64,000 nucleotides of DNA from a bacterium (GCA_965261595.1 CBDHDG010000007.1:832001-896000); one strand, 5' to 3'. Shown: positions 10,084 through 20,858, counted from the stretch's first letter. The notes: generated by a model not told the origin, from the letters alone. Numbers and translations are program-made.

Positions 10084-11256
10084 CGCGACACCCCTTTCTC
10101 CATGAATCATGGATCAATCGAGTGTCCAACAAAACCCTAGAGCGGGGGAGCTCCTTCGAATTCGATGTGTCGGCCCTACAGACGTCAGCCCCGATGATAG
10201 GCGAACGTTGGCGCCGGAAATTCCGCGATGCAGCGGAGCAACGTGGCGAGGATGAAGAAACACTGGGTCGAAAATTCCAGCATGTGTTCGCCGCCGAGTT
10301 CGGCCTCACGCCGGAACAGTACGGGGAGTTCGTCCTTCAAGCGGCGATTGAGGCTGTGGATGCCGGCGCGGCCCTTGTAAAGCTACGGAGAAGTAAAGTA
10401 GTGCGGTGGTTGCGGGACGTTGGCGCGGCGGATGCGGACCACGCGTTCGAGGCGCTTGTCCTCCGCCCCAGGGACCGGTGGAATGAGAGCCGGCCGGCGA
10501 ACGCGGAGGCAAGGGACTGGTATCCGTGGCGGTTCAACAGGCGTTTGTCGGTATTAAGGCGGCCTCTCATCCAATTGTCTAGGGAGGACGACCCGACCGT
10601 TATCTTGGCTTCCTCGATACTTGCCGATACGCTGGGTTATCTGGGGATGGCGGAAGTCGGCGGACGTCTCGAATCCCTCTTCGACAGTCCTGAAATGATT
10701 GCTTTCGTTGGCAGGGCCACAGATAGGCATGGGCATGCATTCGCGCGGAAAGTGGAGAATCGGCTCGCCGACCTGGATTGGAAGACGGCGAGGGAGCTGG
10801 GTCTCACACGGTTTGGAGGCCCGGATTCGCTTGGAGACGTGGATGTCCTCTGCTGGCACCCGTCGAGCGGCGTAGTTTATGTGATCGAGTGCAAGAGTCT
10901 ACGGTTCGACAGCACCCTGGGCGAGATCGGGGAGCGTCTGGCGGAATATGCTGCCGGGACCGTCGGGGGGAAGCGCACTCCCCTGCAGAAACATCTCGAC
11001 CGCATGTCTTTTTTCGAGACTAACCCCCAAAGCCCTCGCAGATTTCACCGGCATCCCAGCGCCTCGGGTGCGGCTGCGCTCGGGGCTTGTGACGGAGAGC
11101 CTCGGTTCGTTGCAATTCGGAGGAGATGCCCGCAAGATGCTGGATGTCGTTACGGACTACGAACTGCTCGAAGAGCAGCTGCCTAAGATATGAATTGATG
11201 TCGATGAGGAGGTAGAACATCTTCATGCCGATATCTGAAAAGAGAAATCGAGCAAT

Positions 11257-14200
11257 GTGAACGGTTTGAGATCACGATCGCAAGGGCCAGGTAAACACTT
11301 GAAGGCGGTCGCGCACGATTGGGACAAGGATAAGACCCGGATCCTAGCGTCCAACACGGCGCAGGGTGTGCACAAACACCTCCGAACCCTGGAGTCCAAC
11401 CGCTCGCGCGTCCTTCCCCGCTGGATCTGGGAGCTTCTCCAGAACGCCCGGGACGTCGCGAACGGAGACGCGAGCCTGGTCGCCTCGGTGGAGGTGTGCA
11501 ACGGAGAGCTGATTTTCTGTCACAACGGACGCGGATTTGAACCCGACGAGATCACGCACCTCATCTACTACGGCTCCACGAAACTCGAGCAGAAAGACCC
11601 GATCGGCCAATTCGGCAGCGGATTTCTGACCACCCACCTGCTGTCCCTCACCATCGACGTGTCCGGGCAACTGACCGACGGCCAAACATTCGCTTTCCGG
11701 CTCGACCGGAGTGGCGATACTGTGGCCGACCTGCAGCAACGCATGGACGCCTCGTTCGAGGCCTTCAAGTGCTCTTTGGCACCTGCGGGCGACGGTAATG
11801 TTGCTGGAGCTGGAGCGGCCACCACGTTTCGGTACCCGATCGACGAGCGTGCTTCGGAGGCTGTGCAGAAGGGTGTACAGGCCTTGGAGCTAACCGGACC
11901 CTACGTGGCCGCTGTCAACCAGGAGTTCAAGCGCATTCAATTCCTGACGGCGGAGTCCGGAGTCGTTCTCGAACTGAGGAACCGACGCTGCCTCGCCGAA
12001 CACATCGAGCAAGTGGAAGTCAATGTCTCAGCGCAAGATAGCGCGGGAGAGGAGCGTTGTAGCCAAGTCGTCGCCGAATTCGATGGGGTAGCCGTGACGG
12101 TCCCCTTCGAACGCCGAGGCGAGGATGTGGCCCTGGTGCCGCCGACAAACGGGCCTAAGCTGCTGTTGGGGTTTCCGCTGATCGGGACGGAAGACTTCAG
12201 CTTCCCCGCGGTCGTTCACAGCCTTCGGTTCTCGCCCACCGAGGAGCGAGACGGGGTCTATCTCGGACAGAGCGACGATCAGGTCAACCAAGAGAATCAG
12301 GCAGTTCTCGAACAGGCTTGTCGGCTGCTTCTTTCGATCATCGGATTCGCGGCGGAGTCGGGCTGGTCGCGCATCCATGTACTCGCCGAATTACCGCCCG
12401 TCCGTGCGCAGCGTTGGCTGGACGAGGCTTGGTTGCGAAATTGCCTCAGGACACATCTGGTCGATCCGATCCGCACCACGCCGTCGGTTCTGACCGAGTC
12501 TGACAGCGTCATCGCGCCGATCGACTCCACGATGCCGATGGCCAACTCCCCTGAGGCGGTGAACCGTTTGTGGTTGCTGGCCCGCGCTCTGACGACTCTG
12601 AAGGACAGACTTCCCAGGCAGGCGGAGGTGCAGGCTGGTGTAGTGCGGCCCGAAGCTGGACGGCCCTGCAGGATTGCCTCCCCGGCGAACTCAAAGAGAT
12701 GACGATGGACGGACGCGATCTCGCTGCTCACGCCGAGGACGTGGGATCGACGGATGCGTTGCAAGCCCAGATCGAAGACGGCGACGCGACGAGTTGGCTG
12801 GACGAGCTTTACGGGTTCCTGTCGACCAACGGCTTCGACGACGCGCTTCGAGGTCTAAAGATTGTCCCGAACCAGAACGGTCGGTTCAGCACGCTCACGA
12901 ATCTGCAACGTGACCGGGACATACCCGGCGAGTTGAAGGAGATCGCACAGCTCGTCGGCTGGGATCTCCGTGGGGAGCTGCGGGACACGGGCTTCCGTAC
13001 ACTCGCCGACGAACCTGGAGCGGGAGACGTCGATGGAGACGTTGTCATCCTGAAGCTGATCGACCATCTAAGCGAACGCATGGAGAATGCGCTCGACGAC
13101 GATTCCAAGGTCGCCAGCGTCCGGCTCTTCGGATGGCTCGCAGCGAACGGTCGATGGCGTCACCTCGAAGGATTCCCCGCGTTCTCGGACGAAGGTGCCT
13201 CAAGCACTCCCATGAAGCTGCTGCGACACGAGGACGATGCGTCTGAGCGGCGGCCCCTCGCACCCATGCGGACATGGGTGAAACCGCTTCGGCAATACGC
13301 GGACCTTTTCCCGAGACGCCGCATATTGGCTGACGACTTCGCCGCCGGACTCGACAGCCCTTCCATATGGTCCGCCCTGGACAAGTGCGGCTTTCTCCGC
13401 ACGAGTGTCCTGTACACCCGAACGGTACCGTTCGACGGATTTCTTCCGGACGAACCCCTGCCCGAAGACGACGAGGGCGAGGTCGAGCACAAGGTAGACG
13501 GCACCGTCGAGGTCACGGACGTCGCCTTTCTGTCAGGGGGCGACATTGCAATCCTGTCTAGGGTCCGCCAGAGCCGGAACTTGGCACAGCTCTTCTGGGA
13601 CTTTCTGGCTCAATGGCTTGCGGTCGAGGATGCCCAAGGACTTAAGGCCCAGGAGTCGATGTGTGTATGCGGATCGACTCACCGCTACTACCCGGCCGCG
13701 TGGCTCATTCCCGTCGCACGTAACCAATGGGTTCCGCTGGGACGCCGGCGCGCCGACCGGGTCAGCGCACACTCCCTCGCGAATCTCGTCCGCGACAGCG
13801 GATGGCCGGTGGACCTCCTGCGAACGAGTCCGCAGGTCATTACTCTCCTGAAGGCGCTCCGGGTCGGCGTGCCTGAACTCATCATGGAGCTCTTCACGAC
13901 GGACAACGAGGAGCGAGAGTCTCTGGACAAGACGCTCGCGCAACTGCTGACGTCGGTCGGCAGCGACTGGGACCGTTTGCAGGCGCTCGCCGAGGACATT
14001 CAGGAGGACGGGGAACTCTTCGACCACCTCGATGAACGTCGGCACCGCCGTCGCATCGTACGCGAAAATCAGAGACTAGGAGCGCTCGTCGAGGAACTGG
14101 TCAGGGAGAGCCTAGAGGGCGAGGGCTTCAATGTCCGACGTACGGGCGTCGGCTCGGACTTCGCCATACAGCTTCGGCCGACGGTGGAAGATGAGGAGAT

Positions 14201-14627
14201 CCAGCTCGAGTTGACCCGAGACGGTCGGACTTGGCTAGTCGAGATCAAGTCCGCTCGCGAGGACAGTGTGAGGATGACCTCCGTCCAGGCGCGAACCTCT
14301 GTAGTACACGACTCAGACTACCTGCTTTGTGTTGTGCCGATCAGCCCTGGACCAGAGGATCCGGACAAGGATGCCGTTCGCCGAAGCATGCGTTTCGTCG
14401 ACGGAATTGGCGCCCGCCTCGCGGACATCTGCGCCGATCTGGACCGATTCGAGAGCTTACGCGACAGAGTCACGGTCGAAGACTCGGCGGGACTCCGCCT
14501 GGAGCTCGATTCGGGCTCGCCGCGCATCCGCATCGACAACACGGTGTGGGAGGCCGGATTCGGGCTTGAGAACCTGCTCTCCCGACTGACCGCACCGGAC
14601 AGCGGTGGCGGCAGTGCCGCCAGCTAG
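11257..14627 (+). pseudogene. Sacsin-like GHKL ATPase with C-terminal DUF3883/NO VEIN-like nuclease; one frameshift near 12632, possibly a sequencing error
   Basis: WELLQNARD, HNGRGF and GQFGSGF Bergerat-fold motifs; C-terminal GVGSDF...LVEIKS; one added G at CAGGCTGG joins the 481-aa and 685-aa ORFs. Confidence 0.75.
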
Positions 14628-15205
14628 AAGGCCAAGCGACGCTGTCGGAGCTGAGAGGTTCGTATCCCTGCCGAGAGTGGCGTGTCATCACCGTGTTGAT
14701 CGTCATGGGTAAGGACGCGACAGGAAACGACAGACGTCGCCATTGGGCGTCACAGGGCGCGGAATTTCGGGTCGGACGCGGTGTTGCAATGGTGTTGACC
14801 GCTGGTTGGTCACGACCGACTCGTTTTCTTGCGCTCGTATAACTTATTGAAATAAAGCCTGTTTTTTCGGCCGAAAGAGCAGGATTCTCCCTAGACGGAA
14901 GCGTTGACTGTTTCGCTTGAGAACTCCAACGAGCAACAAAGCCTAAAAGAAATTGTCGAAAAGGAAAGTTTGCCAAGAGCGTATGAGGACAAATTAGAGG
15001 AACTCGAAGAATGAGTCCCGCGATCTGGTCTCAAAAAAAGAATAAAGGACGACACTGTATAGTTTGCGGCCAGTCAAAAAAGTTACAGTTTGACAAAAGG
15101 ATCTGCTCGGAATGTCGGGAACTTCCAAGTGATGTCCGCCGTAAGAAGCGTGCAAAAAGAAAACCTCGAGGAAGTATAAGAGCCGTCTCTGGCGGTTTGC
15201 CGTCC

Positions 15206-16249
15206 TGGACCGCCCCTGGGTTATTGGACACTCGGGTGAGGGTATTCGACCTCATGCGGCCTCCGCAACTTGAGCGAGTTTTTCCTGCCTTGCCTGGGCC
15301 GGCGTTCGGTAGCCGTAGCCCTCGAGAATCCAATGATGGTTATACAGGTTCTTGAACTCAAGCAGCGCCCACCGCAGTTCCTCTATGGTGGCGAAAGAGC
15401 GCACCCACAGGAGATTCTCCTTCAAGATGCGGATGAACCACTCACAGTAGCCATTTCCCTCGGGCGCCCGCACGAAGCTGGGCGAACTGGTCATGCCCAG
15501 GTAGGCGATCTCCCGCTGAAAGTCATCGGACAGATAGGCGGGGCCGTGGTCGTGACGAACTTTAAGCCCCTCGGCGACGTCCGCCTCCAAGCCGGCGAAG
15601 CGCTCGGCGACCCCCTGCCGGATCGGCTCCAGGGCCTCGAAGCGGTTGCCGCTCTTGGCCGCATGGATCCCCACGCAGTCCACCGAGCAGTGATCCACCG
15701 CCACGAACACCGAGGCCATCCCCTCCTCGGTGGTCACCGTCGTCGTCATGTGCGTGCCCCACATTCGGTCGGGCCGCTCGGTGCGGATGGTCCCGTTGTG
15801 GGCCTTGGGACCTCGGGGTTTGCCCACCCGGTGGGGGGCCTGAAGCCCCGCCTCCCGCATCAGGCGACGCACCCGCTCCTTGCTGGTGCGGATGCCCGCG
15901 AAGCGCAGCCTCGCCCACACCTTGCGGTAGCCCTCGCCATGGAAGGGAGAGTCCTCCAGGACCTGCCGGATGTGGCCGAGGAGTTCCGCATCGGTGCACG
16001 GGCCCACAGGGCCGCGCTTATTGGGCGTGGGGCGTCCATGAACGGGGACCGCCTCTCGCCGCCGTTGCGCGTAGACCGTGGAGCGCGCCAAGCCCCAAAG
16101 GGCGCACACCCGCTTCAGGCCGTAGGCTCTGCCCGTGGAGGTGAAGCGGGCCTGACTCATCGCCTCCACCTCCTGCCGGCTAAAGGGCGGCCGGCCTCCA
16201 GGCGGTCGATCTTCTCCCGCAGGACCTCGCCCTCCATCGTGAGTTCGCC
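15206..16249 (-). mobile_element. IS3-family element copy 3, truncated at copy 4
   Basis: IRR at 15206; matches the other copies up to GAGTTCGCC at 16249; left ~360 bp absent. Confidence 0.93.
15252..16160 (-). CDS. IS3 OrfB, first catalytic Asp changed to His
   Basis: WGTHMT instead of WGTDMT. Confidence 0.85.
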   Translation of the reverse strand: MSQARFTSTGRAYGLKRVCALWGLARSTVYAQRRREAVPVHGRPTPNKRGPVGPCTDAELLGHIRQVLEDSPFHGEGYRKVWARLRFAGIRTSKERVRRLMREAGLQAPHRVGKPRGPKAHNGTIRTERPDRMWGTHMTTTVTTEEGMASVFVAVDHCSVDCVGIHAAKSGNRFEALEPIRQGVAERFAGLEADVAEGLKVRHDHGPAYLSDDFQREIAYLGMTSSPSFVRAPEGNGYCEWFIRILKENLLWVRSFATIEELRWALLEFKNLYNHHWILEGYGYRTPAQARQEKLAQVAEAA

Positions 16250-16295
16250 TGGACCGCCCCTGGGTTATTGGACACTCGGGTGAGGGTATTCGACC

Positions 16296-17204
16296 TCATG
16301 CGGCCTCCGCAACTTGAGCGAGTTTTTCCTGCCTTGCCTGGGCCGGCGTTCGGTAGCCGTAGCCCTCGAGAATCCAATGATGGTTGTACAGGTTCTTGAA
16401 CTCAAGCAGCGCCCACCGCAGTTCCTCTACGGTGGCGAAAGAGCGCACCCACAGGAGATTCTCCTTCAAGATGCGGATGAACCACTCACAGTAGCCATTT
16501 CCCTCGGGCGCCCGCACGAAGCTGGGCGAACTGGTCATGCCCAGGTAGGCGATCTCCCGCTGAAAGTCATCGGACAGATAGGCGGGGCCGTGGTCGTGAC
16601 GAACTTTAAGCCCCTCGGCGACGTCCGCCTCCAAGCCGGCGAAGCGCTCGGCGACCCCCTGCCGGATCGGCTCCAGGGCCTCGAAGCGGTTGCCGCTCTT
16701 GGCCGCATGGATCCCCACGCAGTCCACCGAGCAGTGATCCACCGCCACGAACACCGAGGCCATCCCCTCCTCGGTGGTCACCGTCGTCGTCATGTGCGTG
16801 CCCCACATTCGGTCGGGCCGCTCGGTGCGGATGGTCCCGTTGTGGGCCTTGGGACCTCGGGGTTTGCCCACCCGGTGGGGGGCCTGAAGCCCCGCCTCCC
16901 GCATCAGGCGACGCACCCGCTCCTTGCTGGTGCGGATGCCCGCGAAGCGCAGCCTCGCCCACACCTTGCGGTAGCCCTCGCCATGGAAGGGAGAGTCCTC
17001 CAGGACCTGCCGGATGTGGCCGAGGAGTTCCGCATCGGTGCACGGGCCCACAGGGCCGCGCTTATGGGGCGTGGGGCGTTCATGAACGGGGACCGCCTCT
17101 CGCCGCCGTTGCGCGTAGACCGTGGAGCGCGCCAAGCCCCAAAGGGCGCACACCCGCTTCAGGCCGTAGGCTCTGTCCGTGGAGGTGAAGCGGGCCTGAC
17201 TCAT
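16296..17204 (-). CDS. IS3 OrfB, first catalytic Asp changed to His
   Basis: WGTHMT motif. Confidence 0.85.
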   Translation of the reverse strand: MSQARFTSTDRAYGLKRVCALWGLARSTVYAQRRREAVPVHERPTPHKRGPVGPCTDAELLGHIRQVLEDSPFHGEGYRKVWARLRFAGIRTSKERVRRLMREAGLQAPHRVGKPRGPKAHNGTIRTERPDRMWGTHMTTTVTTEEGMASVFVAVDHCSVDCVGIHAAKSGNRFEALEPIRQGVAERFAGLEADVAEGLKVRHDHGPAYLSDDFQREIAYLGMTSSPSFVRAPEGNGYCEWFIRILKENLLWVRSFATVEELRWALLEFKNLYNHHWILEGYGYRTPAQARQEKLAQVAEAA

Positions 17205-17587
17205 CGCCTCCACCTCCTGCCGGCTAAAGGGCGGCCGGCCTCCAGGCGGTCGATCTTCTCCCGCAGGACCTCGCCCTCCATCGTGAGTTCGCCCACCTTG
17301 GCCTTGAGCCGGGCGTTCTCCTCGTCCCGCTCATCCGCCGGGCGGGCTTTGAGCGCCGCCTCGCCCCCGCGAAGGAACGCCTCGCGCCAGGCGGAAAGCC
17401 GAGCCGCTGTCGTGCCCAACTCGCGGCAGAGCGTCTCCAGGCTCTCGCCCCGCAAAAGACGCAGGACCGCCTCCCGCTTGCGCTGGCAGGAGAACCGACC
17501 CCGCTCACTGCGATGCCCTGGGGCCTTGGCTCCGTTCGCCCTACGGGCGCCCTCCGCCAAAGCCCCCTCTTGCTTTTGTTCGTTCAT
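17201..17587 (-). CDS. IS3 OrfA (HTH)
   Basis: As in the other copies. Confidence 0.88.
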   Translation of the reverse strand: MNEQKQEGALAEGARRANGAKAPGHRSERGRFSCQRKREAVLRLLRGESLETLCRELGTTAARLSAWREAFLRGGEAALKARPADERDEENARLKAKVGELTMEGEVLREKIDRLEAGRPLAGRRWRR

Positions 17588-17706
17588 CGCGACACCCCTT
17601 TCTCCATGAATCATGGATCAATCGAGTGTCCAACAAAACCCTAGAGCGGGGGACGCCCTTGGCAAGGGACGTTAATCACTTCTTCCTGTTTTATCTCCAA
17701 ATTAGG

Positions 17707-18020
17707 TGTACACTTAGGTATCTTCCCGGACAACTGAACTCGTTCAAAGGGGGTGTGAGGTCCCCGAAGACAGAAGAAGACAGAGCGGTAGGAACCATGA
17801 CAACGTCAGAGAAGAAGGTTGTGAATCATCAACTCATCGCCCTACAGCTAGCCTAGGCCCTGGGCAACGTATCGGAGGCCTGCCGGCGGCGGGGGGCATG
17901 AGCCGCAGCTAGTTCTACGAGTACAAGCGCCGCTTTCAGACCCACGGGGTGGAGGGCCTCAGAGACCTGCTCCCGATACACATCTCCCAGCCCTTCACCA
18001 TCCCGCCCGAGGTGGTGAAG
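17707..18020 (+). pseudogene. IS481-family left end and degenerate transposase N-terminus
   Basis: TGT start; from ATG 17797 reads LA*ALGNVSEACRRRG/MSRS*FYEYKRRFQTHGVEGLRDL with two stops and a frameshift. Confidence 0.75.
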
Positions 18021-18046
18021 TCGAACCTGATGCCGGAGACAAAGAG

Positions 18047-18625
18047 ATGGAATCTTTCGAACAGCATCTCAAAGAATTTGTTGAATTTTCTACCAGCGCC
18101 CTTCAAACAGAGGACGAGTTTCTCCGCAAAGCCTTCTCGCAATATGTGAACACCCAACATTACGGGGATTGGCCCCATGGGATCACGATTCTATTTGAGA
18201 CGACATTGGTCTATTTCATTTTTCGGGAATTGCTTTCAAGAAAATTTCCTTTGGAAGTACTTTGGGAGCACGAATACCCGTCAAATCGCAGTTTGAAGGC
18301 CGACCTAGCATTGAGAGATATCCGGGGAGGCATGTTAAAAGAGCAGGCATTTCTAGAATTCAAGATTTGGAAATCCGATACAACCGAAGAAATCTCAACT
18401 GACATCAAGAAATTGAAAGATAATCTTGGTGATTACAAAGAAGCCCCAACCCAAGCGTTTGTTTTTATTTTTTGGTGGGAGCCCGAGCAGAATGAAGAAG
18501 ACAATTTGAAATGGCTCGAGAATGAATTGGGGATCGATTTATTCAAAAGTTCAAGTTTTCGGACGAAATGGAAGGGGTCGAGTTATCGCATGGCGACTCT
18601 AGCCCTTTTTGAAGTTCGGCTCTAA
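18047..18625 (+). CDS. Low-GC hypothetical protein, probable PD-(D/E)xK nuclease fold
   Basis: GGAG RBS; WEHEYP...KADLAL...FLEFK pattern; AT-rich codon usage. Confidence 0.7.
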   Translation: MESFEQHLKEFVEFSTSALQTEDEFLRKAFSQYVNTQHYGDWPHGITILFETTLVYFIFRELLSRKFPLEVLWEHEYPSNRSLKADLALRDIRGGMLKEQAFLEFKIWKSDTTEEISTDIKKLKDNLGDYKEAPTQAFVFIFWWEPEQNEEDNLKWLENELGIDLFKSSSFRTKWKGSSYRMATLALFEVRL

Positions 18626-18750
18626 ATCAAGCGGTGAGCTTCTTGTATTCTAGTACTTCGGTGTTCATGATGCGCTTAAGAGTATCGTAGATATGTACAG
18701 ATTGGGTATTTGCCTGACACTGCTGCCTCAATGGCGGACCTTGTTGCCGA
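18535..18750 (+). repeat. 216-bp exact direct repeat, copy 1
   Basis: CGATTTATTCAAAAG...CTTGTTGCCGA identical to 18965-19180. Confidence 0.95.
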
Positions 18751-18784
18751 TAGTACGCATGGGCAGACCCCCAGAAAATCGAGG

Positions 18785-18843
18785 TTGACACGGGCTTGGG
18801 GATTTGCTACAAGGAGGGTCTGTGAGGTCCTCTCTTGTAGCAA
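18785..18843 (+). promoter_or_regulatory. Sigma70-like promoter overlapped by a hairpin
   Basis: TTGACA-17 bp-TACAAG with an extended TG; TTGCTACAAG/CTTGTAGCAA 10-bp perfect stem. Confidence 0.45.
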
Positions 18844-18964
18844 CGCCCCGGGGTTCCCTCGGGGCTTCCACCCTTTGAAGTTCCATATACCACATGTAGT
18901 GGGTCGGATTCAATTTTCGAGGGACCACCATATCTTGTGTCTTACTGCGTCAAGGGCATAATCA

Positions 18965-19180
18965 CGATTTATTCAAAAGTTCAAGTTTTCGGACGAAATG
19001 GAAGGGGTCGAGTTATCGCATGGCGACTCTAGCCCTTTTTGAAGTTCGGCTCTAAATCAAGCGGTGAGCTTCTTGTATTCTAGTACTTCGGTGTTCATGA
19101 TGCGCTTAAGAGTATCGTAGATATGTACAGATTGGGTATTTGCCTGACACTGCTGCCTCAATGGCGGACCTTGTTGCCGA
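18965..19180 (+). repeat. 216-bp exact direct repeat, copy 2
   Basis: Identical to 18535-18750. Confidence 0.95.
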
Positions 19181-19566
19181 GTTACGCCGCACCCGATCTC
19201 CAACCCTCACCCAGAATATCCACCGCGATGCTCCCTGCAATACGCTCCGCAGCCTCCTGCACCGAATCCCGCGCCAGATGGGCGTACCGGGCCGTGGTCT
19301 CGACCTGGCTGTGGCCCAACAGCTTTCCGATCATCGGCAAGCTCTCGCCCAGCGCCAGTGCACGGCTGGCATACGAATGACGTAGATCATGAATTCGAAA
19401 GTCCTCCAAGCCGGCCCGCGCCCGGATGACCTGCCAGGCCTGATCCACGTTGCTCATATGCGTGCCCGGCTTCCGGCCGGGAATGACACACGGGTTGGCC
19501 TCCCCCGCTCTAGGGTTTTGTTGGACACTCGATTGATCCATGATTCATGGAGAAAGGGGTGTCGCG

Positions 19567-19953
19567 ATGAACGAACAAAAGCAAGAGGGGGCTTTGGCGG
19601 AGGGCGCCCGCAGGGCGAACGGAGCCAAGGCCCCAGGGCATCGCAGTGAGCGGGGTCGGTTCTCCTGCCAGCGCAAGCGGGAGGCGGTCCTGCGTCTTTT
19701 GCGGGGCGAGAGCCTGGAGACGCTCTGCCGCGAGTTGGGCACGACAGCGGCTCGGCTTTCCGCCTGGCGCGAGGCGTTCCTTCGCGGGGGCGAGGCGGCG
19801 CTCAAAGCCCGCCCGGCGGATGAGCGGGACGAGGAGAACGCCCGGCTCAAGGCCAAGGTGGGCGAACTCACGATGGAGGGCGAGGTCCTGCGGGAGAAGA
19901 TCGACCGCCTGGAGGCCGGCCGCCCTTTAGCCGGCAGGAGGTGGAGGCGATGA
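19567..19953 (+). CDS. IS3 OrfA (HTH)
   Basis: As in the other copies. Confidence 0.88.
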   Translation: MNEQKQEGALAEGARRANGAKAPGHRSERGRFSCQRKREAVLRLLRGESLETLCRELGTTAARLSAWREAFLRGGEAALKARPADERDEENARLKAKVGELTMEGEVLREKIDRLEAGRPLAGRRWRR

Positions 19954-20858
19954 GTCAGGCCCGCTTCACCTCCACGGGCAGAGCCTACGGCCTGAAGCGG
20001 GTGTGCGCCCTTTGGGGCTTGGCGCGCTCCACGGTCTACGCGCAACGGCGGCGAGAGGCGGTCCCCGTTCATGAACGCCCCACGCCCAATAAGCGCGGCC
20101 CTGTGGGCCCGTGCACCGATGCGGAACTCCTCGGCCACATCCGGCAGGTCCTGGAGGACTCTCCCTTCCATGGCGAGGGCTACCGCAAGGTGTGGGCGAG
20201 GCTGCGCTTCGCGGGCATCCGCACCAGCAAGGAGCGGGTGCGTCGCCTGATGCGGGAGGCGGGGCTTCAGGCCCCCCACCGGGTGGGCAAACCCCGAGGT
20301 CCCAAGGCCCACAACGGGACCATCCGCACCGAGCGGCCCGACCGAATGTGGGGCACGGACATGACGACGACGGTGACCACCGAGGAGGGGATGGCCTCGG
20401 TGTTCGTGGCGGTGGATCACTGCTCGGTGGACTGCGTGGGGATCCATGCGGCCAAGAGCGGCAACCGCTTCGAGGCCCTGGAGCCGATCCGGCAGGGGGT
20501 CGCCGAGCGCTTCGCCGGCTTGGAGGCGGATGTCGCCGAGGGGCTTAAAGTTCGTCACGACCACGGCCCCGCCTATCTGTCCGATGACTTTCAGCGGGAG
20601 ATCGCCTACCTGGGCATGACCAGTTCGCCCAGCTTCGTGCGGGCGCCCGAGGGAAATGGCTACTGTGAGTGGTTTATCCGCATCTTGAAGGAGAATCTCC
20701 TGTGGGTGCGCTCTTTCGCCACCGTAGAGGAACTGCGGTGGGCGCTGCTTGAGTTCAAGAACCTGTACAACCATCATTGGATTCTCGAGGGCTACGGCTA
20801 CCGAACGCCGGCCCAGGCAAGGCAGGAAAAACTCGCTCAAGTTGCGGAGGCCGCATGA
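19950..20858 (+). CDS. IS3 OrfB DDE transposase
   Basis: Intact D-D-E motifs; ATGA overlap with orfA. Confidence 0.92.
   Translation: MSQARFTSTGRAYGLKRVCALWGLARSTVYAQRRREAVPVHERPTPNKRGPVGPCTDAELLGHIRQVLEDSPFHGEGYRKVWARLRFAGIRTSKERVRRLMREAGLQAPHRVGKPRGPKAHNGTIRTERPDRMWGTDMTTTVTTEEGMASVFVAVDHCSVDCVGIHAAKSGNRFEALEPIRQGVAERFAGLEADVAEGLKVRHDHGPAYLSDDFQREIAYLGMTSSPSFVRAPEGNGYCEWFIRILKENLLWVRSFATVEELRWALLEFKNLYNHHWILEGYGYRTPAQARQEKLAQVAEAA

Larger units (their letters stand above)
8746..10149 (-). mobile_element. IS3-family element copy 2 (1404 bp), TSD GCTC
   Basis: Same termini as copy 1; GCTC on both flanks. Confidence 0.95.
7787..11193 (+). pseudogene. 5'-truncated large protein with C-terminal PD-(D/E)xK nuclease domain, split by IS3 copy 2, frameshifts near 8641 and 11025
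   Basis: Frame rejoins across the IS as MRPNGSFEFDVS; GDVDVL...YVIECKS nuclease motif. Confidence 0.7.
16250..17653 (-). mobile_element. IS3-family element copy 4 (1404 bp), TSD CGCC
   Basis: Full termini; CGCC at 16246-16249 and 17654-17657. Confidence 0.95.
15011..17675 (+). pseudogene. Small basic CxxC-CxxC protein split by IS3 copies 3 and 4
   Basis: CIVC...CSEC; the flanks rejoin as SGGLPS-LGKGR-stop (TAA 17673-17675). Confidence 0.55.

Noticed and set aside
18535..19180. Diversity-generating retroelement TR/VR pair or CRISPR unit
   Set aside because: The two copies are identical with no adenine-specific mismatches, no reverse transcriptase or cas gene is present, and there are only two long units.
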